This document shows, piece after piece, positions 41,559 through 49,588 of a DNA stretch of 63,531 bases. The notes below the pieces were generated by a model. That model was given only the letters and a program-made list of their open reading frames with translations. It was not told where the DNA came from and ran no database searches. The position numbers and the translations under genes are program-made. The first letter of the stretch is position 1, and each line of letters starts with the position of its first letter. Where the stretch lies: positions 1 to 63,531 of the forward strand of contig CAZUFP010000023.1 in the NCBI GenBank assembly GCA_964619835.1, written 5' to 3'. Source of the stretch: an uncultured Gemmatimonadaceae bacterium. Lineage in GTDB: Bacteria > Gemmatimonadota > Gemmatimonadetes > Longimicrobiales > RSA9.

Positions 41559-42059
41559 CTACTTGCTGCCCATGCTGAGCGAGAGGACGTAAGCCGCGAC
41601 GTCCTTGACCTGCTGGGGCGTCAGGTTGGCGCCGCCCATGGCCGGCATGGGGGCCGGGTGCTCCTTGGGCTTCGGCACGCCGGCGTGCACGAGGCTGTCC
41701 ACTTCGGCGAGCGTCGGGCGCTTGGGGAAGTGGATCCAGACGCTGTCCGTGAGGTTGGGCGCCAGCGGAGTGCCCTTGGCGTCCTGGCCGTGGCACGTGT
41801 AGCAGTTGCCGGGGCCGTGGAAGATCTTGCTCCCTGCACTCACCATCTCGGCGGTCGCGCCTTCAGGAACCGGGGTTTGCTGCTGCATGGGCGAGTCCAT
41901 GGACATGGCCGATGCCTCTGCAGGCGCCGGGTCCGCCGCTTGCGCCGTCTGCGTCCCCTGGGTATCTGCGGACGCCTGGCCGTTCGAGCCACCGCACGCC
42001 CAAAGCCCCACCGAGGCGATGGTGAGGAACGGGACCACGTACAAACGCTTGCCGCGCAT
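41559..42059 (-). CDS. Class I c-type cytochrome, lipoprotein-anchored
   Basis: CYTCH haem-binding motif. Signal peptide with lipobox LWAC, and a distal Met in PAPMPAMGG. Confidence 0.8.
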   Translation of the reverse strand: MRGKRLYVVPFLTIASVGLWACGGSNGQASADTQGTQTAQAADPAPAEASAMSMDSPMQQQTPVPEGATAEMVSAGSKIFHGPGNCYTCHGQDAKGTPLAPNLTDSVWIHFPKRPTLAEVDSLVHAGVPKPKEHPAPMPAMGGANLTPQQVKDVAAYVLSLSMGSK

Positions 42060-42210
42060 CTGACATCCTCCTGGTGTTTGTCCGAGGGGGCTCCACGCCC
42101 AACTCGTCTCTCGTCATTGTGTTCGTGGGATTGGGAATCGGCAAGATACGGGCCGCCGCGAACGACCGTCAAGCGGACGCGGCGCGGACGGAGCGGGGTA
42201 CAGGCCGGGC

Positions 42211-42969
42211 TTATTCGTCGGGATCGGGCGGCCGTGGAGAGGGCACGGCGGGCACCTCCAGGCCGCAATTCACGCAGAACCGCCACGTGCGTTCGAGGAC
42301 CTCGTCGCAACGCGGACAGGGACGCAGCCGCTGATCGGAGCCGCAGGAAGGGCAGTATCGGACCCGGCGCCCCACCGGCAGGGGCTGATCACAGAACGCG
42401 CATTCCGCGGCTCGGGCGACGACACGCCGCTCCACGACGGTGTCGGCCGCAGGAGACGCCGCGGCCGTTTCCCGGGGCGACGACGCGGTGAGCACAGGGA
42501 TCGGTTCAGGGAAGTCGGGCGCCGAGGCCAGGAAGGGCTCCGCGGGCGCTGCGGATTCTGCCTGCGAACCGTCCTCGCCCGGCCGGCCCGCGGCGGCGGG
42601 GCCGGCATCGGAAACTTCGTCGCCGCCCGGTTCGTCCCGGGCGTCGGACACGACCCACACCTCGGACTCCGTGAACTTCCGGTACAACCCCACGGCCGGG
42701 TACGGCGTTTTCGCTTCCTGCTGTAGCTCTGCCCGGGCCGCGGCCGGCTCGAGGCGGACCAGGCCGCCTTCACCCGCCAGCAAGCGCAACAGTGCATGCT
42801 CGTAGTCGGCGTTCAGCTCCACGCCCAGGGTTGCCCGCACCGCCCGGTAGGGAACCAGCTCCTGGTAGACCTCCGACACCTTGAGCGGTGCCTGGAACGG
42901 ATCCCCACCGCGTCGTCGAACTGCATCGACGAGACAGCGATGCAACCGGACAACGACCGGGTCCGTCAC
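42211..42969 (-). CDS. Hypothetical protein with a C-terminal double zinc-ribbon
   Basis: C-terminal CAFCDQ...YCPSCG...CPRCDE...CVNCG, i.e. 4 x CxxC, with an acidic Pro-rich linker. Lies 3 bp downstream of the TPR gene. Confidence 0.55.
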   Translation of the reverse strand: MTDPVVVRLHRCLVDAVRRRGGDPFQAPLKVSEVYQELVPYRAVRATLGVELNADYEHALLRLLAGEGGLVRLEPAAARAELQQEAKTPYPAVGLYRKFTESEVWVVSDARDEPGGDEVSDAGPAAAGRPGEDGSQAESAAPAEPFLASAPDFPEPIPVLTASSPRETAAASPAADTVVERRVVARAAECAFCDQPLPVGRRVRYCPSCGSDQRLRPCPRCDEVLERTWRFCVNCGLEVPAVPSPRPPDPDE

Positions 42970-42971
42970 CG

Positions 42972-44036
42972 TCAGCGTTCGATCCGCAGGAGCCCGGCAC
43001 GGGCGTGGGCAAGGAGGAACGCCTCCGGGTCGTGGGCCGGCACCCCGATGCCCGTGCGGACCCGTTCATCCTGGGCGCGCCGCCGCATGAACTGGGCGAG
43101 GCTCTCCCCCGCCCCGCCTTCCCGGTCCCGTAGCTGCTGCACGATCTCCGCCCACGTACCCTCGAGGATGGTATCATCGGGCATGCGGACCCGGTGAACC
43201 GTGGTCTCGTCCCCGAACGACACGACACCATCCAGCACCGGCTCGTCGTTCATGGCCTCGATCTCGGCAAGCAGGTCGTCGATGGGGTCCGTCCCCTCCT
43301 CCAACTCCCCGAGACGACCTTCCCACACCGCCAACCCCGGATCGTCGTCCACGCCGTTCGCCGCTCGCCGCAGCTCGATGAGCCGCCACAACGCCAGCGG
43401 ATCCCACTGCTCCTGCGGCGGCACGGCCTCGAACGCGTCCAACGCCAGCGCCCACTCGGCGCGGTCATACAACAGGTGACCCAGGAAGACGCGCGCTTCG
43501 TGGTGGTCCGGCTCCAGCGCCAGCGCCCGCTTCAGCTCACTGATGGCGTCGTCGTCCTCGCCCAGCCGATGCAGCGCGTACCCCAACGCCGCCGCCGCAT
43601 CCGCGTTCTCCGGATACAGACCCGATGCGTCTTCGAAGACCGCCCGCGCCTCCTCCAGGTGGCCTTCCCGGTACAACGCACGGCCGATCGTCAGCAGGAT
43701 CTCCGGGTCATCCCCCGCCCCACTCCGACGTACCCGCCGGAACAGCGACAACGCTTCGTCGCCCCGACCGAAGCGCAGCAACGTCTCTCCGTAGCCAACG
43801 AGCGCGTCCTCGTGCTCGCCATCCAGGACCAATGCCTTTTCGAATGCTTGTTTCGCCCAGGCGTACTCTTCACGGGCGAGTCGGGTGTAGCCGAGCCCTA
43901 CGTACAGGTCAACCGAATGCGGATAAAGGTGAAGCGCTTCTTTCAACGTATCGAGTGCTGCGTCGTACTCTCCCCGATCATACTGTTGATGCGCACGTTC
44001 GTCATACTCCTCAGAGCTGAGGAACGGATTCGGCAT
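42972..44036 (-). CDS. Tetratricopeptide-repeat (TPR) protein
   Basis: Start at MPNPFLSSEEYDERAHQQYDRGEYDAALDTLKEAL with multiple TPR-like motifs. The ORF-track N-extension was rejected. Confidence 0.7.
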   Translation of the reverse strand: MPNPFLSSEEYDERAHQQYDRGEYDAALDTLKEALHLYPHSVDLYVGLGYTRLAREEYAWAKQAFEKALVLDGEHEDALVGYGETLLRFGRGDEALSLFRRVRRSGAGDDPEILLTIGRALYREGHLEEARAVFEDASGLYPENADAAAALGYALHRLGEDDDAISELKRALALEPDHHEARVFLGHLLYDRAEWALALDAFEAVPPQEQWDPLALWRLIELRRAANGVDDDPGLAVWEGRLGELEEGTDPIDDLLAEIEAMNDEPVLDGVVSFGDETTVHRVRMPDDTILEGTWAEIVQQLRDREGGAGESLAQFMRRRAQDERVRTGIGVPAHDPEAFLLAHARAGLLRIER

Positions 44037-44270
44037 AGCATCGCCTCCTGTGCGCAGCTCGGTCCTCTCATTGCGTTGCGGCAGGGTTGGAAGGCGCCGC
44101 GGGTGGTCAGCGTAATCTAATGTTTGCCACCGGAAGGGCCAAGACCTCCGTCCACCAAACCGTCCATGCGCCGGTCCCTGGAAGGCGGCGCTAACCGGCA
44201 CCGTGCCCGCCGCCGCTCGACGTCGCTCCTACCCCAAAAGACCGTCGAACATCCAGGTTCCATGCGCCGA

Positions 44271-44543
44271 TCAGGCACTCGCCACGTTTGCGTCCCACTC
44301 GGACTGAGCGGTATTTTCCTTGCCGTGCCGGATGACCGGCCGGCAGTAACGGATCCCCAGCTCGCGGAGCTGGGTCAGCTCCGTGTTCTTGAGTCCCGGA
44401 TACCGTTCTTCCATGAACTTCATGGTGTCGTCGAGCCACTCAACCTGCTGGTCTTCGGTGGCTTCCAGCACACCGCAGCGGTTGATGTGGCTGAACAATT
44501 CGTCCCTCGCCTTGTCGAGTGCCGTTTTTTCGTGTTTGCCCAC
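44271..44543 (-). CDS. Small hypothetical protein encoded in a locally low-GC segment
   Basis: GTG start 4 nt after SD GGAGGA. Uses many AAA, GAA and AAG codons, unlike its neighbours; 90 aa. Confidence 0.5.
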   Translation of the reverse strand: MGKHEKTALDKARDELFSHINRCGVLEATEDQQVEWLDDTMKFMEERYPGLKNTELTQLRELGIRYCRPVIRHGKENTAQSEWDANVASA

Positions 44544-44645
44544 AAATCCTCCATTTAAGCGCTCGGCTTTTCGCCGTTTTCATGCGATGCGACCATTCTG
44601 CAGCATCACGGTTCCAGCATGACAGTATAGCCAGCGGAGACACCT

Positions 44646-46313
44646 GTGCAAACCCCCGACCAGCGATTCGACCCGGTCCGTCTCGAGATCTTCAGGCATT
44701 TGTTTACGGCCCTCGCCGAGGAGATGGGCGCGTCGCTGCGCCGATCGGCGCACTCGCCGAACATCAAGGAACGGCGGGATTATTCGTGTGCGTTGTTCGA
44801 CACGGGAGGCCGGGTGATCGCCATGGGGGATCACATGCCCGTGCACCTGGGCGCGATGCCCATGAGCGTGGCGGCGGCGCTGGCGGAGCTGGGGGATCTC
44901 GCCCCTGGCGATGTGGCGATCCTGAATGATCCGTTCCGGGGCGGAACCCATCTCCCCGACATCACGGCGATCGCGCCGGTCTACGTCTCCGATGCGGACA
45001 CGGCGACCGGCGCCGGCCCCGACATGGGGGCGGAGCCGGGGTTGCTGTTGGGGTTCGTCGCCGCGCGTGCGCATCACGCGGACGTGGGGGGAATGGCGGC
45101 GGGCTCCATGCCGCTGGCGCGGGAGATCTACCAGGAAGGGCTCCGCATCCCGCCGGTGCTGCTGATGGAGGGGGGCAAGCGAAACGAAGCGGTATGGCGG
45201 ATGGTTCTGGCGAACGTGCGGACGCCGGCGGAGCGTGAGGGTGACCTGTCGGCGCAGATCGCGGCACTGGTGACGGGCCAGCGCCGCCTGCTGGAGCTGG
45301 TGGCGCGGCGCGGCGCGGCGGAGGTGCAGGGGGCGATGTCGGCGCTGCTGGCGTACGCGGACCGGCTTGTGCGGGCGGGTATCGAGCGGATCCCGGACGG
45401 GGTGTACGAAGCCGAGGACTGGATGGACGACGACGGCGTCGGGGAGGCTCCTCTTCCGATCTGTGTTCGGGTGGCGGTGTCGGGTGACACGCTGGACGTG
45501 GACTTCGCGGGCACGGCACCGCAGGCGGCGGGCGGCATCAACGCCGTGTCGGCGATCACGGTCTCGGCGACGCGCTACGTGGTGCGTGTGCTGGTGGAGT
45601 CGCTCCTCGGGCAGGCGTTGCCGGCGGGCGGCGGCGCCATGAACGCGATGGCGGTGCACCTGCCAGAGCGGTCGCTGGTGGCCGCGGGTGCGCCGGCGAG
45701 CGTGGCGGGCGGGAACGTGGAAACCTCACAGCGGATCACCGACGTGCTGTTCCGTGCCTTCGCGGCGGCGCTGCCGGACCGGGTGCCGGCGCAGTCGCAG
45801 GGCACCATGAACAACTTGACGGTGGGCGGCATCGACCCGCGCACGGGCCAACCGTTCGCATACTACGAGACGGCGGCGGGGGGCATGGGCGGAGGCCCCC
45901 AGGGACCGGGCCTGTCCGGCGTGCACGTGAACATGACGAACTCCCTGAACACGCCCATCGAAGCGTTGGAGCATGCGTATCCGTTCCGCGTGCGCGCGTA
46001 CGCGTTGCGCGCGAATTCCGGTGGTGGAGGCCGCCATCCCGGCGGGGACGGCCTGCGAAGGGACGTCGAGCTGCTTGGCGACGCCGAGGTCAGCCTGCTC
46101 ACCGAACGACGCCGATTCCCCCCTCGCGGCCTGGCGGGCGGCGAGGACGGCGCCCGGGGTGAGAACATCCTCATCCGGGACGGCGTGGAGCAGCCCCTGC
46201 CGTCCAAGACGACCTTCTTCGCACATGCGGGCGATGTGATCAGCCTGCGGACGCCGGGCGGAGGAGGCTGGGGATCCGTCGACGGGGGCGAGGTCCGGAA
46301 CCCGGCAGACTGA
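44646..46313 (+). CDS. Hydantoinase B / oxoprolinase family protein (HyuB-like)
   Basis: GTG start. N-terminal FDPVRLEIFRHLFTALAEEMG and DYSCALFD..G motifs are typical of Hydantoinase_B. No HyuA partner is in the window. Confidence 0.8.
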   Translation: MQTPDQRFDPVRLEIFRHLFTALAEEMGASLRRSAHSPNIKERRDYSCALFDTGGRVIAMGDHMPVHLGAMPMSVAAALAELGDLAPGDVAILNDPFRGGTHLPDITAIAPVYVSDADTATGAGPDMGAEPGLLLGFVAARAHHADVGGMAAGSMPLAREIYQEGLRIPPVLLMEGGKRNEAVWRMVLANVRTPAEREGDLSAQIAALVTGQRRLLELVARRGAAEVQGAMSALLAYADRLVRAGIERIPDGVYEAEDWMDDDGVGEAPLPICVRVAVSGDTLDVDFAGTAPQAAGGINAVSAITVSATRYVVRVLVESLLGQALPAGGGAMNAMAVHLPERSLVAAGAPASVAGGNVETSQRITDVLFRAFAAALPDRVPAQSQGTMNNLTVGGIDPRTGQPFAYYETAAGGMGGGPQGPGLSGVHVNMTNSLNTPIEALEHAYPFRVRAYALRANSGGGGRHPGGDGLRRDVELLGDAEVSLLTERRRFPPRGLAGGEDGARGENILIRDGVEQPLPSKTTFFAHAGDVISLRTPGGGGWGSVDGGEVRNPAD

Positions 46314-46498
46314 AGGGTAGACCCGTGGGGCCGGGGTCCGGAGCCTGGCAAGCAAGCGAGAAGGCACAAGCGCTTGAACCTGGCCGATTGAAAGGGAGAC
46401 ACGGTGATTGGGGGATGCGGCGCCCGGCTGGCTTCGCCGTCTCCCGCCTGCCCTGGCGTGCCCCTTCAAGGAAGCCACCCGCCGTGGCCGTACCGGGA

Positions 46499-46525
46499 GT
46501 AAACGCGAGCACTCAACCCTCCGTC
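46499..46525 (+). promoter_or_regulatory. Candidate ECF-type promoter (GTAAAC-N17-CGTC) immediately upstream of the sigma-factor gene
   Basis: Matches the AAC-N16/17-CGT pattern and ends 12 nt upstream of the ATG. Inference only. Confidence 0.25.
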
Positions 46526-46536
46526 CCACCAACCAA

Positions 46537-47118
46537 ATGGCCGACTCCGCGGAATCCAACCAGGCGCTTATCGCACGAGCGGCGGACGGCGACGAGGACG
46601 CGTTCCGCGTACTGGTCGTCCGGGTCCACGACCGCGTGCGGCGCTGGGCGTCGGGCCTGGCGGCGACGCCACAGGACGCGGAAGAGATCACGCAGGATGT
46701 GCTGGTGCGGATGTACAGGAATCTGGCGGGTTTCCGGGGCGAGTCGCAGCTGACGACGTGGCTGTACCGGGTGACGAGGAACGCGGCGGCCGACCACCGG
46801 CGCAGGAGCCGCCGCCACCGTTCGGCCCGGCCCCTGGAGGATGCCGGCCAGCTCGCGGATCGAGACGACGAGCCGCTGCGCCGGTTGCATGCCGAAGGGT
46901 TGTCGGCCCAGGTGGCGACGGTGTTCCGGGCTCTGCCGGAGCGGCAGAAAGAAGTGCTGGACCTGGTCGACTTCCAGGGGTTCACGCCGGCGGAGGTGGC
47001 GGACATGCTCGAGCTCAAGCCGGTGTCGGTGCGGGCCAGCCTGTTCAAGGCACGACGGGCGGTGCGCCGGAGCATCCTGGAGCGGCATCCCGAGCTGAAG
47101 GAGGGCTACTCGACATGA
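46537..47118 (+). CDS. ECF (extracytoplasmic function) RNA polymerase sigma-70 family factor
   Basis: Region 2 FRVLVVRVHDRVRRWA and region 4 LPERQKEVLDLVDFQGFTPAEVADML. Confidence 0.85.
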   Translation: MADSAESNQALIARAADGDEDAFRVLVVRVHDRVRRWASGLAATPQDAEEITQDVLVRMYRNLAGFRGESQLTTWLYRVTRNAAADHRRRSRRHRSARPLEDAGQLADRDDEPLRRLHAEGLSAQVATVFRALPERQKEVLDLVDFQGFTPAEVADMLELKPVSVRASLFKARRAVRRSILERHPELKEGYST

Positions 47119-47678
47119 AGTGCGCGGACGCGCAGGGGGCATTGCTGACGGCGGATCCGGCCGAGCTGGAAGGCATCGGCGCGTCGCCCCTGGCGGAGCA
47201 TATCCGCGGCTGCGACCGGTGCCGCGCCGCCGCGCGCGTCATCCTGGACGAGCAGGCCGCGCTCGCCGAAGCGCTGGCGGAAGCCGGCCGGTCGGACCGC
47301 ACGGCGGATCAGGCCGCGGACGCGGTGCTGGCGGTAGTCGCCGGCGAAGGCGTTCCTCGCCAGTCGCAGGACGTCGATCCGCCGGAAGCCCATGCCGGAT
47401 TGGAAGCTGGCGCGCGCGTCGTGACACTGGACGCGGTGCGGCGTCGGGCGGCCCGGCGTGCGATGAGCTGGCGCCTGTGGGCGCCCGTGGCCCTCGCGGC
47501 CGCCCTGGCGGCGGTGCTCCTCGCCCGGCCGAGGTACGACTGGCAGGTGCCGGCCCCGGGCACCGGGCGCCCCACGACGCAGGTAGCAGTGTCCGCGCCG
47601 CCGGGGAAGAACGTGGTCGTGTTCGGCACGCGCAACCCGGACATCAAGGTGATCTGGTTCTACGGCAGCAAGGACTGA
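47115..47678 (+). CDS. Anti-sigma factor (zinc-binding ZAS-like N-domain, single TM)
   Basis: ATGA overlap with the sigma stop. HIRGCDRC motif and TM helix LWAPVALAAALAAVLLA. Confidence 0.7.
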   Translation: MKCADAQGALLTADPAELEGIGASPLAEHIRGCDRCRAAARVILDEQAALAEALAEAGRSDRTADQAADAVLAVVAGEGVPRQSQDVDPPEAHAGLEAGARVVTLDAVRRRAARRAMSWRLWAPVALAAALAAVLLARPRYDWQVPAPGTGRPTTQVAVSAPPGKNVVVFGTRNPDIKVIWFYGSKD

Positions 47679-47713
47679 CGGAGACCGGCGTTACAAGTCT
47701 GAGGAGAGAACCC

Positions 47714-48394
47714 ATGCGAACGATGAGGATCCTGAGCCTGGCCCTTGCCACGACGCTGGCCGCCACGGGGTGCAGCCGCGCCCCGAAGCTGGACACGCGC
47801 ACGTTCCAGCTGCAGTACATGGACGGAGGCGCCGCCAGTATGATCATCGCCCCGTACGTCTATAGTGACCGGAAAGGCGCACCCGGCATGATCAGCGCTT
47901 CCGAGCACGCCATCTCCGTGCGCGAGACGCCGGACAACCTGGACAAGATCGCGCGCGTGCTGAAGGAGAACGACAAGGCGCCCGCCAGTGTTCGACTGAC
48001 CTTCCAGATCATCCGTGCGGACGGCCAGCAGAAGGTGGACCCCGCCATCGCGGACGTGGAGCAGGAGCTCAAGCGGTTGTTCCGATACGACGGCTACACG
48101 CTCGAAGGGCAGGCCTCCATCGAGGCGCGCCAGGGCACACCGTTCATGCAGACGGTGGATATCGGAAAGGGGGCCTCCTACAGGCCCGTCCGCATCCAGG
48201 GCCGCATCAACAACATCCGGCAAAGTCAGGATGGCAGCTCCATCGACATGAACGTGGAGATGGCCAACCTCCTGGAGACCCAGATCGACGTCGGCGATGG
48301 CAAGGCGGTGGTGCTGGGCACACCCTCGGGGGACGGCGCCATCATCCTCGTGGTCCGGGCGGATATCCAGGGCGAAGGCTCGCAGGCTGGCTGA
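47714..48394 (+). CDS. Lipoprotein, possibly with secretin-N/STN-like beta-alpha domains
   Basis: SD GAGGAGAG. Signal peptide with lipobox LAATGC. The internal ISVRETPDNLDKIARVLKEND and TLEGQASIEARQG patterns resemble secretin N-domains only weakly. Confidence 0.55.
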   Translation: MRTMRILSLALATTLAATGCSRAPKLDTRTFQLQYMDGGAASMIIAPYVYSDRKGAPGMISASEHAISVRETPDNLDKIARVLKENDKAPASVRLTFQIIRADGQQKVDPAIADVEQELKRLFRYDGYTLEGQASIEARQGTPFMQTVDIGKGASYRPVRIQGRINNIRQSQDGSSIDMNVEMANLLETQIDVGDGKAVVLGTPSGDGAIILVVRADIQGEGSQAG

Positions 48395-48476
48395 GAGGCT
48401 GGCACGGCCGACGATATCGAGGCGGGCCAACTGACGGGGAAACGGGGTGAGGGGAGACCGGGAGATTCCGGCCACG

Positions 48477-48503
48477 CCCTGTCTCCCTGTCTCCCCGTCT
48501 CCC
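48477..48503. repeat. Short tandem repeat (CTGTCTCC x3) with an inverted partner GGGGAGAC at 48451-48462
   Basis: Read directly from the sequence, in the intergenic region between convergent genes. Confidence 0.5.
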
Positions 48504-48639
48504 TTTCAGGCAGCCAGGCTCAGAAACGTGGAGCCTGGCGACCACGTCCGCCAGGCTCCAAAAACTACGCCCTACAGGTCTCCCCGTCAGTCGAGGGCGC
48601 CCTCCGGTACAGGGGGATCGAAAGACTCGGACGGACCCC

Positions 48640-49584
48640 TCACCCACCGGTCCCCGTCAGCACCTTCTCGAAGAACGCCACCACCTCCGGCTCGTCGTGC
48701 TGGGCGAGCCAGAAGAACGCCTGCTTGCGCAGCCGCGGATCCAGCTTGTCCGACTGCGCGAGACGGATGAGGGTGGGCACCACGTCCGTGCCCTTGTGCT
48801 GGGACAGGGCGAAGATGGCGCTCTTGCGGACCTCGATGTCGTCGTCGTCCGCCAGGGCCAGCTGCTGAAGCGGCCCCAGCACGGCATCGCTGGCCTCCTG
48901 GCCGAGCCAGAAGACGACCTGCTTGCGCTTGCCGGACTCCAGGGACCGGTCCCGGGCCAGGGGCAGCAGGCGGCGCCAGAGCACGACGTCGCGGCCCAGG
49001 CTGGCGGCCAGCATGGCCTCGTTGGCGGCGCGGCGCGGCGTGGCGGGCACGAGGTCGATGAGGAAGTCCGCCGCGGCCTGCGGCTGAACCTCACCCAGGT
49101 CCCGCAGGGTGCCGGAGACCGGCCACTCATCTCCCACCGCCAACTCGACGCGCGTGACGGCGCCGTCGCGCTTCAACAGCACCACGCGCACGGGCCCGCT
49201 CTGGCACCCGCAGGACGTCGAGTCTTCGAAACGGGAGTAGTTCCCGCGTACGTTGCCGTGCATGATGCTGGTGTGTCCGTCGCGACGGATGATGATGGTG
49301 CCGTCGTCCGCCCCGAACACGCCCGGGGCCGCCGTGTAGCGGAACCCGACGGCGCCGTCGCGCACCCCGGCCACCTGCCGGCCGAGATCCTGAGCGTGAA
49401 GCGGCGTGGCGGCCAGCGCCGCGAACCCGACCCAGCAGGTGGCGAGGAACGCGCGCCGAACGTGCGCCCGCCGGGCGCGCTCCCCGTCTTCCCGTCTCCC
49501 CGTCTCTCTATCGGCCAGCCAGCCTCCGGGACCCGTGACGCCACCGGTTCCGCCGGCCCGGCTCCACACCTCTGATTCGTACAT
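48640..49584 (-). CDS. Secreted HEAT-repeat protein (PBS-lyase-type repeats), possible Tat substrate
   Basis: The twin-arginine-like motif VRRAFLATCWVGFAALAATPLHAQ follows a 40-aa Arg/Glu/Gly-rich N-extension. HEAT-like repeats at the C-terminus (ALSQHKGTDVVPTLIRLAQSDKLDPRLRKQAFFWLAQHDEPEVV). Start uncertain. Confidence 0.6.
   Translation of the reverse strand: MYESEVWSRAGGTGGVTGPGGWLADRETGRREDGERARRAHVRRAFLATCWVGFAALAATPLHAQDLGRQVAGVRDGAVGFRYTAAPGVFGADDGTIIIRRDGHTSIMHGNVRGNYSRFEDSTSCGCQSGPVRVVLLKRDGAVTRVELAVGDEWPVSGTLRDLGEVQPQAAADFLIDLVPATPRRAANEAMLAASLGRDVVLWRRLLPLARDRSLESGKRKQVVFWLGQEASDAVLGPLQQLALADDDDIEVRKSAIFALSQHKGTDVVPTLIRLAQSDKLDPRLRKQAFFWLAQHDEPEVVAFFEKVLTGTGG
49482..49511. repeat. 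Tandem CCCGTCT(T/C) x4 repeat inside the 5' coding extension of the HEAT-repeat gene
   Basis: Read directly from the sequence. It encodes ...DRETGRREDGE..., and the same 8-mer occurs at 48477-48503. Confidence 0.5.
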
Positions 49585-49588
49585 GGTC

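Noticed and set aside
41095-41796. Full 233-aa ORF for the lipoprotein gene
   Set aside because: The upstream 82 codons overlap the cytochrome c gene out of frame and are Arg/Pro/Gly low-complexity. A GTG start at 41550 gives a clean signal peptide with a lipobox, 8 bp after the cytochrome c stop.
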